NCBI GenBank assembly: GCA_038210455.1
Contig: JBBQWP010000019.1
Location: forward strand, 40,622-104,621
DNA length: 64,000 nucleotides
Direction of reading: 5' to 3'
Source of the DNA: Pyrinomonadales bacterium
GTDB lineage: Bacteria; Acidobacteriota; Blastocatellia; Pyrinomonadales; Pyrinomonadaceae
In this document: one piece after another, positions 18,143-27,834 of the stretch
Layout: the number at the start of each line of letters is the position of its first letter
Position numbering within the stretch: position 1 is the first letter of the stretch
The notes under the pieces: model-generated
Database searches by the model: none
Told to the model about the DNA's origin: nothing
The model's input: the letters and a program-made list of their open reading frames with translations, nothing else
Position numbers and translations under genes: made by a program

Positions 18143-19171
18143 TTAATACAGGTTGAAGTTGTATTGAAGTTCCATGAACATCGAAACCGGCCGCCCATTA
18201 ATCGTGGCCGGAATAAACTTTATTTTTCTCGCCGCATTGATGGCGTTTTCAGTCAGGCCGTACGATAGGCCACTGACCACGAGGACGTGCCGAACGGTTC
18301 CATCTGCTGAAAAAACAGCCCGCAGAATGACCGTGCCGACAATTTGGTTCTGCCGCGCTGCTTCGGTGTAGGTAGGTTCGGGCTTACTCACAACGCGTGC
18401 CTTGGTCGTTACTTCGGCACCGGCAAAGGCGACCTCAGCATGGCCTTTCTCATACATCGATAGATAGAAACGAAGACCTTCAAGCTGTTCAGTCCATGTT
18501 TGCCGGCTTTCTCCCGCCGGCGTGAGTTCGAGATATTTTTCCAGGGCGGTGGCTGCTTCGTCATAGCGTGCTCTGCGCGATTCGGCTGATTCATCGTGCT
18601 TGCCAACGATCGCGTCTCCCAAAAAGCTCACGAGCGCCTGGCTCTTAAGAAGATACGCCGGCGCAAACTGGGGTCTAAGCCTGATCACGGTCTCAGCCTG
18701 TTCGAGGGCCTCTTGCTTTACGCCAGTCCTTAAGCGGGCTACGCCAATGATGTAATGAGCATCAGGAATTCCCGGATCGAGATTCAGAGCGGCTTCGCCT
18801 TCGCGAATCGCAGCGGGATTCTCGTTACGCAGCAACAGCGCATAGGCCAACCCCAGATGGGCGTTCGCCAGGTCGGGCTTAAGCTTTATAGTCGTCTCGA
18901 AGCTCCTTATAGCGGCCTTGAGGTCCTTCTTCTGGACTAGTGCCAATCCCAGGAAATACCACGCTTCATAGTCGTCCTTGTGTTCCCTAACAGCTTTTCT
19001 TAAAGCTTCGACGGCCTCGTTGATGTGGCCTTGATGGTAGAGCTGAACGCCGCGATCACGATCTTGATTGACGCCAGTCGCTGGCTGCTGCGCTTTAGCG
19101 TAAGGAGTTGTGAGATTAGAGATCGCTAACAACAGCAACACGACAATGGGCTTGATGGGATTGATGTGCAT
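18143..19171 (-). CDS. Secreted TPR-repeat protein with TonB C-terminal domain
   Basis: Signal peptide, several TPR units (YEAWYFLGLAL...AIRSFETTIKLKP) and a C-terminal TonB_C-like block (PEPTYTEAARQNQIVGTVILRAVFSADGTV...ENAINAARKIKFIPA). Confidence 0.8.
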   Translation of the reverse strand: MHINPIKPIVVLLLLAISNLTTPYAKAQQPATGVNQDRDRGVQLYHQGHINEAVEALRKAVREHKDDYEAWYFLGLALVQKKDLKAAIRSFETTIKLKPDLANAHLGLAYALLLRNENPAAIREGEAALNLDPGIPDAHYIIGVARLRTGVKQEALEQAETVIRLRPQFAPAYLLKSQALVSFLGDAIVGKHDESAESRRARYDEAATALEKYLELTPAGESRQTWTEQLEGLRFYLSMYEKGHAEVAFAGAEVTTKARVVSKPEPTYTEAARQNQIVGTVILRAVFSADGTVRHVLVVSGLSYGLTENAINAARKIKFIPATINGRPVSMFMELQYNFNLY

Positions 19172-19206
19172 GGCAAAAAATAATCGGTGCCTGGCCAGAC
19201 AGACAA

Positions 19207-19944
19207 CTAAAATATGGTTCTGGGAACGTAAGGCTCACGCGATTGGCCCTTCTCAAACCCATAGACAAAGGTGGCGAACTGTGAAGCGGGCTTGCCTTTT
19301 CGGACGGCCGGTTCGAATTTAATGTGCCGGGCGGCTTCCATCGCCGACTCGGTCAGTCCGTGGCTTAAGGATTTTATCGGAAAGACATCTTTCACAGTTC
19401 CGTCGGCGGCCAATACCAATCGCAGCCTCACGTCGCCATGTGTCTTTGCCGCGAGTGCTTCAGCAGTGTATTCCGCAATTGGGGTTTTCAGAATCACCGC
19501 CGATTTATCGACCTCTCCTGCGCCATAAACACTACGCTCCTCAGGGCTGCTGACCGGCTGCGAATACAAATGCAGAGTCTCCAGGCGTTCTTGCCACATC
19601 TCGCGATTTGGAGGATTCAGCGCCAGAATCTGTTCAACGGTCGCAGCCGCTCGCACAAAACTCTGGGCCAAATCGTCCTGCCATTCGCGTAGCAGACGAT
19701 GATAAGCGGTAGTAGAAACCCCGCGAGGATTCGGTGGCGAGGCGAATAGCTTTTCCGTTTTCGCGTATTGAGATTTAAGTTTGGCTTCGAGCTCCTGAAT
19801 CGAACTCTGATTACTGCCCGCAAAGAGCTGTCGGCTCAAGAGCGGAGTAACTCCTGGTCCTAAGGCGACCATGAGGACTAAAACCATGAGGACTGGCTGG
19901 ACGTGCGTTTGGTACATAAGACTCACAACGCAGCACCGTGACAC
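19207..19944 (-). CDS. TonB C-terminal domain protein
   Basis: C-terminal [33 protein letters not shown]...[21 protein letters not shown]. The start at 19944 overlaps the secA stop; ATG at 19917 is an alternative. Confidence 0.75.
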   Translation of the reverse strand: MSRCCVVSLMYQTHVQPVLMVLVLMVALGPGVTPLLSRQLFAGSNQSSIQELEAKLKSQYAKTEKLFASPPNPRGVSTTAYHRLLREWQDDLAQSFVRAAATVEQILALNPPNREMWQERLETLHLYSQPVSSPEERSVYGAGEVDKSAVILKTPIAEYTAEALAAKTHGDVRLRLVLAADGTVKDVFPIKSLSHGLTESAMEAARHIKFEPAVRKGKPASQFATFVYGFEKGQSREPYVPRTIF

Positions 19945-22691
19945 TTCTTATATTTCTTGCCCGAACCGCAGGGGCAGGGATCGTTGCGGCCGACTTTGGG
20001 TTCGCTGCGGATGACGGTCTTTACTTTACCGGCTTCTTCGCCGGCGGGCGCGGCGCCTTGATTAGGGCCGGTGAAGTTCATCGAGCGGGGGCGGGCGGCG
20101 CGGCGACGTTGCAGCTCGTCAGGCTGTTGTTCGGCGACAACTTGCAGGTTGAAGAGTGATCGGATCGTGAAGGTGTCGATGCGGTCCAGCATCGCCTGGA
20201 ACATATCAAAGCTTTCTTTCTTGTACTCAACCAGCGGATCCTTCTGGCCGTAACCGACCAGGCCAATGCCCTGCTTCAAGTGATCGAGGGCCAGGAGATG
20301 GTCCTTCCACTGCGCGTCGATGATGTTGAGCATGATGATGCGCTCGTAAGTGCGCATCGCTTCGTCGCCAATCTGTTTTTCTTTATCGGCGTACTTTGCT
20401 TTCAGCTTCTGCCAGATTTGTTGTTCTATCTCTTCCGAGTTCGCATGACTGAAATCAACGCCTTCCGCATCAGCGTGAATTCCATAGATCGAGTGAATCT
20501 GGACTTTGTAGTTCTCGATGTCCCAGTCGTCCTCAGAAAGATTGGGATTCAGGTATTGCTTGGTCGTGTCGGCGAGCAGGTCGCGCGCGACCCCCGTTTC
20601 GCCCACCAGGTACTCGCGCTGGTCCGGCTCTTCCATCAACTGGCGGCGCAGACCGTAGATGGTCTCGCGCTGTTTGTTCATGACGTCGTCGTATTCCAGC
20701 AGGTGCTTGCGCGTTTCAAAGTTGCGGCCTTCGACCGACTTTTGCGCGGCGGCGATGCGCTTGGAAACCATCTTGGATTCGATCGCCACGCCTTTCTCCA
20801 TGCCCAGTCGCTGCATCAGCGCCTTGACCTTGTCACCGGCAAAGATGCGCATCAGATCGTCTTCGAGGGAAAGGACAAAACGCGACGATCCTGGATCGCC
20901 CTGGCGGCCAGAGCGCCCGCGAAGCTGATTGTCGATGCGGCGAGATTCGTGGCGTTCGGTGCCCAGGATGTGCAAACCGCCGCGCGCTACGACTTCCTTG
21001 TGTTCTGATTCGACGATGCGCTTGGCCTTAGCGAACGCTTCTTTCCATTGTTCGTCGGTGGCCTCTTCCGGATCGAGCTCTTCCTCTTTCAGAAACTCGC
21101 GCGCCATGAAATCAGGATTCCCGCCGAGCAGGATGTCAGTGCCGCGGCCCGCCATGTTCGTGGCGATCGTGATGGCGCCTTTGCGTCCCGCTTGCGCGAC
21201 GATTTCGGCTTCGCGTTCGTGATACTTCGCATTCAAAACATTGTGCGGGACGCCCACCTTTACCAATCGCCGTGCGATCAGTTCCGAGTTCTCGACTGAA
21301 ACCGTGCCGACCAAGACCGGCTGGCCGTTCTCGTATCGCTCCTGGATCTCTTCAACCACCGCGTCCCACTTTTCGGGCAGCGTACGATAGATCATGTCGG
21401 GATTGTCCTTGCGCACCATCGGCATGTGCGTCGGGATAACGATCACTTCGAGCTTGTAAGTCGAGTGGAATTCGCCGGCTTCGGTTTCAGCCGTACCAGT
21501 CATGCCTGACAGTTTTTCATAAAGCCGGAAATAATTTTGCAGAGTGATCGTCGCCAGGGTCTGGTTCTCGCGTTCGATCTTTACTTCTTCCTTTGCTTCG
21601 ACGGCCTGATGCAAACCATCGGACCAGCGGCGTCCTTTCATTAAGCGGCCGGTGAAGTCATCAACGATGATCACTTCGCCGTCCTGCACGACGTACTGGT
21701 GATCGAGCCGGTAGAGCGTGTGCGCCTTCAGGGCCTGCTCGACGCAGTGCAGCAATTCCATATTCGCTGGATCGTAAAGATTCCCGACACCCAGCAGTCG
21801 CTCAGCCTTGTCCACACCGTCTTCGGTCAACACCGCCGAGTGGTTCTTTTCATCGACGACGTACTCGCCGGTCTTCTTGTTGTCTTCGAGTTCTTCGCCG
21901 CGCACAAGCTGCGGGATGATTGCGTTTGCCTGATAGTACTTGTCGGTGGATTCTTCTGAAGGTCCGGAGATGATCAGAGGCGTGCGCGCTTCGTCGATCA
22001 GGATCGAGTCGACTTCGTCGACGATCGCGTGATAGTGACCGTGCTGCACGCAAGTCCCGAGATCGAACTTCATGTTGTCGCGCAGATAGTCAAAGCCGAA
22101 CTCGTTGTTGGTGCCGTAAGTTATGTCGGCGTTGTAAGCGGCCTGCCGCTCAAAGTCGTCCATGTCATTCTGGATACAGCCAACCGTCAAACCCAGGAAG
22201 CGATAGATCTGGCCCATCCATTCAGCATCGCGGGCCGCCAGATAATCGTTCACCGTAATTACGTGAACACCACGGCCAGTCAGCGCGTTGAGATAAGCGG
22301 GCAGCGTTGCGACCAGCGTCTTACCTTCGCCGGTGCGCATCTCTGAAATCTTGCCCTGATGCAAAACGATGCCGCCGATCATCTGCACGTCAAAGTGGCG
22401 CATGCCGGTGGTGCGCTTGCTGCCTTCGCGAACTATGGCAAAGGCCTCCGGGAGAATTTCATTCAGCGCGTCCTGCTCGCGACGTTTGCGATCGTCTTTG
22501 TCGCGCGCGTCTTTGACCGCGTCGGCAATCTGTTCCCTGAAGGCGACTGTGCGCGCCCGCAGCTCATCATCAGAAAGCGCCTGAATTTCCGCCTCAAAAT
22601 CGTTGATTTGGGCAATAGTCGGCCTAATAGCTTTTAGAAAGCGCTCGTTACTGCTGCCAAAAACTTTGGTTAGTACTTTATCGATACTCAT
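19923..22691 (-). CDS. secA: Preprotein translocase ATPase SecA
   Basis: 922 aa. Walker [40 protein letters not shown], and the C-terminal zinc finger [14 protein letters not shown]. Confidence 0.97.
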   Translation of the reverse strand: MSIDKVLTKVFGSSNERFLKAIRPTIAQINDFEAEIQALSDDELRARTVAFREQIADAVKDARDKDDRKRREQDALNEILPEAFAIVREGSKRTTGMRHFDVQMIGGIVLHQGKISEMRTGEGKTLVATLPAYLNALTGRGVHVITVNDYLAARDAEWMGQIYRFLGLTVGCIQNDMDDFERQAAYNADITYGTNNEFGFDYLRDNMKFDLGTCVQHGHYHAIVDEVDSILIDEARTPLIISGPSEESTDKYYQANAIIPQLVRGEELEDNKKTGEYVVDEKNHSAVLTEDGVDKAERLLGVGNLYDPANMELLHCVEQALKAHTLYRLDHQYVVQDGEVIIVDDFTGRLMKGRRWSDGLHQAVEAKEEVKIERENQTLATITLQNYFRLYEKLSGMTGTAETEAGEFHSTYKLEVIVIPTHMPMVRKDNPDMIYRTLPEKWDAVVEEIQERYENGQPVLVGTVSVENSELIARRLVKVGVPHNVLNAKYHEREAEIVAQAGRKGAITIATNMAGRGTDILLGGNPDFMAREFLKEEELDPEEATDEQWKEAFAKAKRIVESEHKEVVARGGLHILGTERHESRRIDNQLRGRSGRQGDPGSSRFVLSLEDDLMRIFAGDKVKALMQRLGMEKGVAIESKMVSKRIAAAQKSVEGRNFETRKHLLEYDDVMNKQRETIYGLRRQLMEEPDQREYLVGETGVARDLLADTTKQYLNPNLSEDDWDIENYKVQIHSIYGIHADAEGVDFSHANSEEIEQQIWQKLKAKYADKEKQIGDEAMRTYERIIMLNIIDAQWKDHLLALDHLKQGIGLVGYGQKDPLVEYKKESFDMFQAMLDRIDTFTIRSLFNLQVVAEQQPDELQRRRAARPRSMNFTGPNQGAAPAGEEAGKVKTVIRSEPKVGRNDPCPCGSGKKYKKCHGAAL

Positions 22692-23015
22692 ATCGGTTCT
22701 TACTCAACGTGCTGATAGTCGTCTCTGTTCCAAATTACCGTGCGAATGCAATTTGAGATTGTACGAGAGCGTGGAGTTGCCAATCAAGCCGCGTTTCCCG
22801 AAAAGCCGCGCCACGCCTTCAAGTGCGCCGGAAAAAGCCGGTGATAAAGCTACCAGCCATTGGGGGGCGTTCATAGAAAGTCCTCAGTTCGGTTGCGGGA
22901 ACCGCACAGACTCGCCAGTTTTTATGTTTGCTAACTCCTCGAAACAAGTGATATATGTCCCTCCGTCTTTGAACATCGGACCAGCGGGCGCGATACAATC
23001 TCTCTTAGGAGGACT

Positions 23016-23603
23016 ATGAAGAAACCATACCTGTTTATTATTCTGGCGTTACTGATGGGTGTTGTTGTGCTCACACCTGGAGTGAGCCGTAACGAACACG
23101 TTCTGGCCGCGCCTGCGGCGACCGTTTCAGCGGCAGTTGCTGGCGGCACGGACGCGCTCTTGCTCAGTTGTATGGACTATCGCCTGACCGGCCATACGGC
23201 GGACTATATGCAACACGAGCTGCACATGGCTGAGAAGTACGATTACGTGATTTTAGCGGGAGCCTCTCTGGGTGTGAACAACGCAAAGTATCCGAACTGG
23301 GGCCAAACATTCTGGCAGCATCTCGATACCGCTATTGCACTCCACGCTATCCACGAGGTGATGATTATTGATCACCGCAATTGCGGCGCATACAAGTTGC
23401 TACTCGGAAAGGACTTCCCGGCGGATGCTAACCCCGCTCAGCTGAAGGAAGAAACAGCAGTCCACAAACAGCAACTGGATGCGCTGGCCAAAGCCATTCA
23501 TGAAAAATATCCAAAGCTGGAAGTTGAAACTCTTTTGATGTCGCTGGATGGAAGTGTCGAAGAGATCGGGTCGATCAAAGGCGGAGACACACAAAAACAC
23601 TAG
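23016..23603 (+). CDS. Secreted protein with beta-carbonic-anhydrase-like zinc-ligand motifs (tentative)
   Basis: AGGAGG SD, then a signal peptide. Has CMDYR (CxDxR) and HRNCG (HxxC) spaced as in beta-class carbonic anhydrases. Confidence 0.55.
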   Translation: MKKPYLFIILALLMGVVVLTPGVSRNEHVLAAPAATVSAAVAGGTDALLLSCMDYRLTGHTADYMQHELHMAEKYDYVILAGASLGVNNAKYPNWGQTFWQHLDTAIALHAIHEVMIIDHRNCGAYKLLLGKDFPADANPAQLKEETAVHKQQLDALAKAIHEKYPKLEVETLLMSLDGSVEEIGSIKGGDTQKH

Positions 23604-23627
23604 CCTCTTCAGCGAATTGAGATCGGG

Positions 23628-23740
23628 TACAGAACCGCTCGCGGTAGCGAGCGGGTTAAGGACCCAACTTCGCTCAAGGGAGCGCAAAGCGAGTTTCGGT
23701 TGATGCTTTCTAATCCCGCTCCCCACCGGTCGCGGTTCTC
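23628..23740. repeat. Nested palindromic element, family C (core GCGGTAGCGAGCGGGT)
   Basis: cagaaccgctcgcggtagcgagcgggtta ... aatcccgctccccaccggtcgcggttctc form imperfect inverted ends. Related cores occur at 36777-36954 and 56101-56222. Confidence 0.6.
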
Positions 23741-23959
23741 TAGCTTGACAAAGATTACGGCGCCAGCTAGCTTCGTTTTTCGCGTTAATGTTCTTTGCAA
23801 TTCTTAAAGTAGAGGCGCGGCCTTCAAGACTAGCCGAGTCAGAGAACCCGAAGAGTTCTGTGACGACTCGGTCGAAAGGGAAGGTCGCCGAAGCTCGAGC
23901 GGGCGTCTTCAGGCACGACGAGTTGGTTGCTGTGGCTAAATCCGCAGGACTGTCATCTA

Positions 23960-24019
23960 GTGGCACAGACTTCAGTCTGTGATTTCATGGAAGCTATCAC
24001 AGACTGAAGTCTGTGCCAC
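23960..24019. repeat. Double palindrome, family D (GTGGCACAGACTNNAGTCTGTGA)
   Basis: gtggcacagacttcagtctgtga-tttcatggaagcta-tcacagactgaagtctgtgccac. Each half is itself an 18-bp palindrome (CACAGACT-NN-AGTCTGTG). A second full copy is at 58705-58767. Confidence 0.75.
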
Positions 24020-24121
24020 GGGTGGAGAGCTACGACACGGGCGCCGGATGTTTTACGGCGCAAAAGTTTCTCGAGATTGAGGGGCCAGTCGTATGCTTTG
24101 CGATTGGCCCTTTTTGTTTAT

Positions 24122-24214
24122 GGAGTGCGGCGGCAAGCGCAGCGCGACGCCGCTTTGGATCAGCCGGCAAGAAATCCAAAGCGCCGTCGCCGCTTCGCTC
24201 TGTCGGCGCACTCC
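24122..24214. repeat. Imperfect inverted repeat abutting the lysC start codon
   Basis: ggagtgcggcggcaagcgcagcgcgacgccgctttgga ... tccaaagcgccgtcgccgcttcgctctgtcggcgcactcc. The right arm ends 4 nt before ATG 24219. Confidence 0.6.
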
Positions 24215-24218
24215 AAAT

Positions 24219-25631
24219 ATGACTATGAATCCGACCATTATGAAATTCGGCGGCACGTCCGTCGAAGACGCGAATGCTTTTCGCAACGTCACGGCGATCG
24301 TGAGAACGGTCGTTGCTTCGCGGCCAGTGGTGGTTGTTTCGGCGATTGGCGGATTCACTAACGCTTTGCTGGCCAGTGTTCAGAAGGCCATTAGGGGCGA
24401 TGCGCGCGCAGCCACCAGATCGCTGGACCACGATCTGAAACGTCACGTTGCCATCGCCCGTGAATTGCTCAACGCGGAATCCTGCGCTGCTTTTGAATTA
24501 ACGGTTGCCGTTACGCGGAGAGAGATGCGCCAACTGCACAAGATCATTGCCCTCCATCCGGTCACGCACCCGCCGCTGCAGGATGAAATAGTCGCTTATG
24601 GCGAGCAGCTCTCGGCGCAACTGCTCGCAGCCGTCTTGCGCGAAAGCAGTCTGGCGGCGCGTTACATCGACGCGCGTCGTTGTCTCAGGACCGACGACAA
24701 TTATGGGAACGCAGCGCCGCTGCCTGAGTCGGCGGCCGCGACCCGGGCCGAACTGCTGCCTGTGCTTGAGTCGTCAAAGATTCCTGTGCTTGGCGGTTTC
24801 ATCGGCAGCACCGACAAAGGAGTAACCACCACGCTCGGTCGCGGCGGTTCGGATTACTCGGCAGCGATCATTGGCGCCGCGCTTGAGGCGCGCGAGATTC
24901 AGATTTGGACCGACGTCAGCGGCGTGCTGACAGCCGATCCGCGCATCGTTAATAAAGCCAGGACGATTCCGCTGCTGTCTTATCAGGAAGCCGCGGAGCT
25001 CGCTTACTTTGGCGCCAAAGTTCTGCACCCAAAGACAATTCAACCAGCCATCGATTGCCGGATTCCGGTGCGGGTCTGTAACTCGCGGGCGGCCGGAGAT
25101 TCGGGCACGCTAATCGTCGCTGAGTCCGCGGCCACGCCGCAAACGGTGAAAGCCATCGCGCATAAGAGCGGGATTACCACGGTGCAGGTGACTTCGGCAC
25201 GCATGCTCGGTGCTTACGGTTTTCTGCGCGCGCTGTTTGAAGTGTTCGATCGCCATCGCACCGCGGTCGATGTGGTAACAACCTCAGAGGTCAGTGTGTC
25301 GCTTTCCATTGACAACGCCGGCGCGCTGCCCGAATTGATTCCTGACCTGGAAGAGTTGGGCGCGGTTGAAGTCGAAGAGCATCGCACGATCATTTCGATC
25401 ATTGGCGAAGGATTGCGTAACACCCCAGGCATTGCCGCGCGCATATTTTCCGAGATTAGCGACATCAATGTAGCAATGATTTCGGTGGGCGCTTCGAGTG
25501 TGAATCTTACTTTCATGGTGGACGAGTCCCGCGCGGCTGAGACAATCAAGCGCTTGCACTATGTTTGCTTTGAAGCTCCGGAAAATACTGGTCGGCACGC
25601 TGAACTGGCGGCCGAGGAGGTTACGGCTTGA
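24219..25631 (+). CDS. lysC: Aspartate kinase
   Basis: MTMNPTIMKFGGTSVEDANAF is the canonical N-terminus, with GRGGSDYSAA and C-terminal ACT domains. The start is trimmed from 24093 because the upstream extension is encoded by repeats. Confidence 0.93.
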   Translation: MTMNPTIMKFGGTSVEDANAFRNVTAIVRTVVASRPVVVVSAIGGFTNALLASVQKAIRGDARAATRSLDHDLKRHVAIARELLNAESCAAFELTVAVTRREMRQLHKIIALHPVTHPPLQDEIVAYGEQLSAQLLAAVLRESSLAARYIDARRCLRTDDNYGNAAPLPESAAATRAELLPVLESSKIPVLGGFIGSTDKGVTTTLGRGGSDYSAAIIGAALEAREIQIWTDVSGVLTADPRIVNKARTIPLLSYQEAAELAYFGAKVLHPKTIQPAIDCRIPVRVCNSRAAGDSGTLIVAESAATPQTVKAIAHKSGITTVQVTSARMLGAYGFLRALFEVFDRHRTAVDVVTTSEVSVSLSIDNAGALPELIPDLEELGAVEVEEHRTIISIIGEGLRNTPGIAARIFSEISDINVAMISVGASSVNLTFMVDESRAAETIKRLHYVCFEAPENTGRHAELAAEEVTA

Positions 25632-26641
25632 GTCAGCCAGTAGATGTTTTCAAACTCACTCGCGAGCTGATCGATATTCCATCGGTTACTGGCGAGGAGT
25701 TTCACGTCGGCACTTCTCTGGGGGAATTGCTTATCCGGCTTGGCTATCGAGTTGAGCTGCAGGAGATTGATAGCGAACGAGCCAACGTGATTGCGACCAC
25801 GGCCGATCAGCCGAAAGTCGTGCTCTCGACGCACATGGACACCGTGCCGCCGTTCATCGCCGCGAGCGAGGACGACGAGTTTATCTATGGTCGCGGAGCC
25901 TGCGATGCGAAAGGAATAATCGCAGCTCAGATAGCCGCCGCAGAAAGACTGCGCGCGGACGGCGTGAATGAAATCGGTCTGCTCTTTACGGTCGATGAGG
26001 AAGTGACCAGCGCGGGCGCAAAAGCCTTGAACGAACTTCCGCTCGCTGCTTCGTGTAGATATCTGATCAATGGCGAGCCGACGGACAACCGGCTGGCCAT
26101 CGGAACCAAGGGTTCGCTGCAGGTAACGATCAGAGCTGGCGGGGTCGCCGCGCACTCGGCTTATCCTGAGCAGGGTGTTTCGGCGATCGAGAAACTGCTT
26201 GACGTGCTCGCTGACGTGCGCCAGATCGAGTGGCCCACTGAGGAAACATTTGGCGAAACGACCTGCAACATCGGAGTGATTTCGGGAGGTACGCGCGCGA
26301 ATGTGGTTCCTGATGAAGCACAGACCGTTTTGCAGATTCGTTTGGCAACCAGCGGCCAGGCGGCAAAGGATTTACTGGAGCGCGCCGTAGCCGGCAGGGC
26401 GTTGCTGGATTACAAGTCCGTTCACGATCCGGTGAGACTGCTGGCGCTCGATGATTTTGAGCAAACGATTGTGCGTTTCACGACGGACATTCCGTACCTG
26501 ACGAACTGGGGCACGCCCCTGCTGATCGGGCCGGGCTCGATTCTGGATGCGCATACCGAACATGAACGGGTGGCGAAGAGCGAGCTCGTGCGCGCGGTAG
26601 ATATCTACGCAGATCTCGTTCGGCAACTTTTGACGGATTGA
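25628..26641 (+). CDS. M20-family metallohydrolase (succinyl-diaminopimelate desuccinylase / ArgE-like)
   Basis: LIDIPSVTGEE, STHMDTVPP, GRGACDAKG and FTVDEEV are the M20 metal-ligand blocks. ATGA-type 4-nt overlap with the lysC stop. The DAP-operon context suggests a DapE role. Confidence 0.8.
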   Translation: MSQPVDVFKLTRELIDIPSVTGEEFHVGTSLGELLIRLGYRVELQEIDSERANVIATTADQPKVVLSTHMDTVPPFIAASEDDEFIYGRGACDAKGIIAAQIAAAERLRADGVNEIGLLFTVDEEVTSAGAKALNELPLAASCRYLINGEPTDNRLAIGTKGSLQVTIRAGGVAAHSAYPEQGVSAIEKLLDVLADVRQIEWPTEETFGETTCNIGVISGGTRANVVPDEAQTVLQIRLATSGQAAKDLLERAVAGRALLDYKSVHDPVRLLALDDFEQTIVRFTTDIPYLTNWGTPLLIGPGSILDAHTEHERVAKSELVRAVDIYADLVRQLLTD

Positions 26642-26690
26642 ACGTGATCGCTCGCTGGGACAACTTTGGGAAGGACATTCCGATGAGTCA

Positions 26691-26894
26691 GCGAAGCGGA
26701 CGGAAGAAAATAGCCCAGGTTGAAGTGAGCGTAGCGAACGAAACCCTGGGTTGCGATGCCAACAATTGTTAGAGCCCGCTTTAGCGGGCGATAGAATCTG
26801 TCGCCCGCTAAAGCGGAAATCTTCTTGGGGGGGTGATCCCAGGGTCCCGCGCTTCGCGCTCCCCCTGGGCTATTATCTGTCATCCGCTTTGCGG
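26691..26894. repeat. Nested palindromic MITE-like element in the dapE-like/dapB spacer
   Basis: Outer ends gcgaagcggacggaagaaaatagcccagg / cctgggctattatctgtcatccgctttgcgg are imperfect reverse complements. Inner hairpins gcccgctttagcgggc and tcgcccgctaaagcgg. Confidence 0.6.
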
Positions 26895-26903
26895 ATTCAT
26901 TGA

Positions 26904-27653
26904 ATGGTTCAAATCAGGTTGTGGCCAAGAGAAGGAAACTCAATTTTGAAAATAGGCCTAATCGGATACGGCGCCATGGGTCAACTCGTCGGCAAGCTGG
27001 CGAGCGAGCAGGGCCATGAGGTCGTGCTCAAACTCGACCTTGAAGATGCTGCTCGCAATGTCGACGATCTTGCCGAGACGTTGCGCGCCTGCGAAGTGGC
27101 CATCGACTTTTCCGTTGCTGACATGATCCCGAAGAATGCCGAAGCCTGCGCTCGCGCCGGAGTGCCGCTGGTGGTGGGCACAACCGGCTGGCAGTCTCGC
27201 GTCGCTGACGTGCAACGCATCGTGACTGAACACGACGGCGCGCTGATCTATGGTGCGAACTTTTCGGTGGGCGTGCAGGTCTTCTATCGGATCGCCGCGC
27301 GCGCCGCCGAGTTGTTTCGGGGACTTGAATCCTACGACGCTTTCATTGAAGAGGCCCACCATAAGCGAAAGCGTGATGCGCCATCCGGGACAGCCGTGCA
27401 ATTGCGGGACGTCGTCGCCTCGGATCTCGGTCGCGAAGTTCCGGTGACCTCAACGCGCGCTGGATACATTCCGGGCACGCATCGTCTTGGGTTTGATTCG
27501 GTGGCGGATCAAATCACGCTGACGCACACGGCCCGGTCCCGCGAAGGATTTGCCGCCGGAGCTCTGGTCGCCGCCCGTTGGATCGTTGGCCGCAAAGGCG
27601 TCTATGAATTCTCGGAAGTGTTTGATGAGATTATCGGAAGTTCGCTCCGTTAG
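26904..27653 (+). CDS. dapB: 4-hydroxy-tetrahydrodipicolinate reductase
   Basis: KIGLIGYGAMGQ dinucleotide fold and the EAHHKRKRDAPSGTA signature. The true start may be the TTG at 26946. The last codons and stop lie inside repeat element 27644-27788. Confidence 0.9.
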   Translation: MVQIRLWPREGNSILKIGLIGYGAMGQLVGKLASEQGHEVVLKLDLEDAARNVDDLAETLRACEVAIDFSVADMIPKNAEACARAGVPLVVGTTGWQSRVADVQRIVTEHDGALIYGANFSVGVQVFYRIAARAAELFRGLESYDAFIEEAHHKRKRDAPSGTAVQLRDVVASDLGREVPVTSTRAGYIPGTHRLGFDSVADQITLTHTARSREGFAAGALVAARWIVGRKGVYEFSEVFDEIIGSSLR

Positions 27654-27788
27654 GAGCGAAATGTTTATAGCACCGTGGTTTCTTTTCTATTCGTCAGCTC
27701 CTTTAGGAGCGGCATATATGTTTCGCTCCTCCGGAGCTAAGAATCAAACTGGTCGATGGGGCTATAAATATTGCGCTCCTAACGGAGC
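27644..27788. repeat. Nested palindromic MITE/REP-like element, family A copy 2
   Basis: gctccgttaggagcgaaatgtttatag ... ctataaatattgcgctcctaacggagc, with an internal gctcctttaggagc / gctcctccggagc. Same architecture as 1938-2098. Confidence 0.7.
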
Positions 27789-27834
27789 TTAAGAAATCGT
27801 GCAGGTCGATTCGAGAAGGAAGGGACTCAGTACT

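Noticed and set aside
19300-19325. GGTTCGAAT, resembling a tRNA T-loop
   Set aside because: The flanking sequence cannot form T-arm or acceptor stems, and it lies inside a well-supported TonB-C CDS. I found no convincing tRNA anywhere in the window by eye.
23400-23966. 188-aa minus-strand ORF in the 23.4-24.0 kb region
   Set aside because: It overlaps the 3' end of the plus-strand beta-CA-like gene and then runs through family C repeat sequence. It has no SD or family signal and is likely an artefact.
24020-24218. Possible lysine riboswitch (L-box) upstream of lysC
   Set aside because: I could not recognise the conserved L-box core helices. The sequence is better explained by inverted-repeat elements of the kinds seen elsewhere in the window. 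An Infernal scan is needed to be certain.
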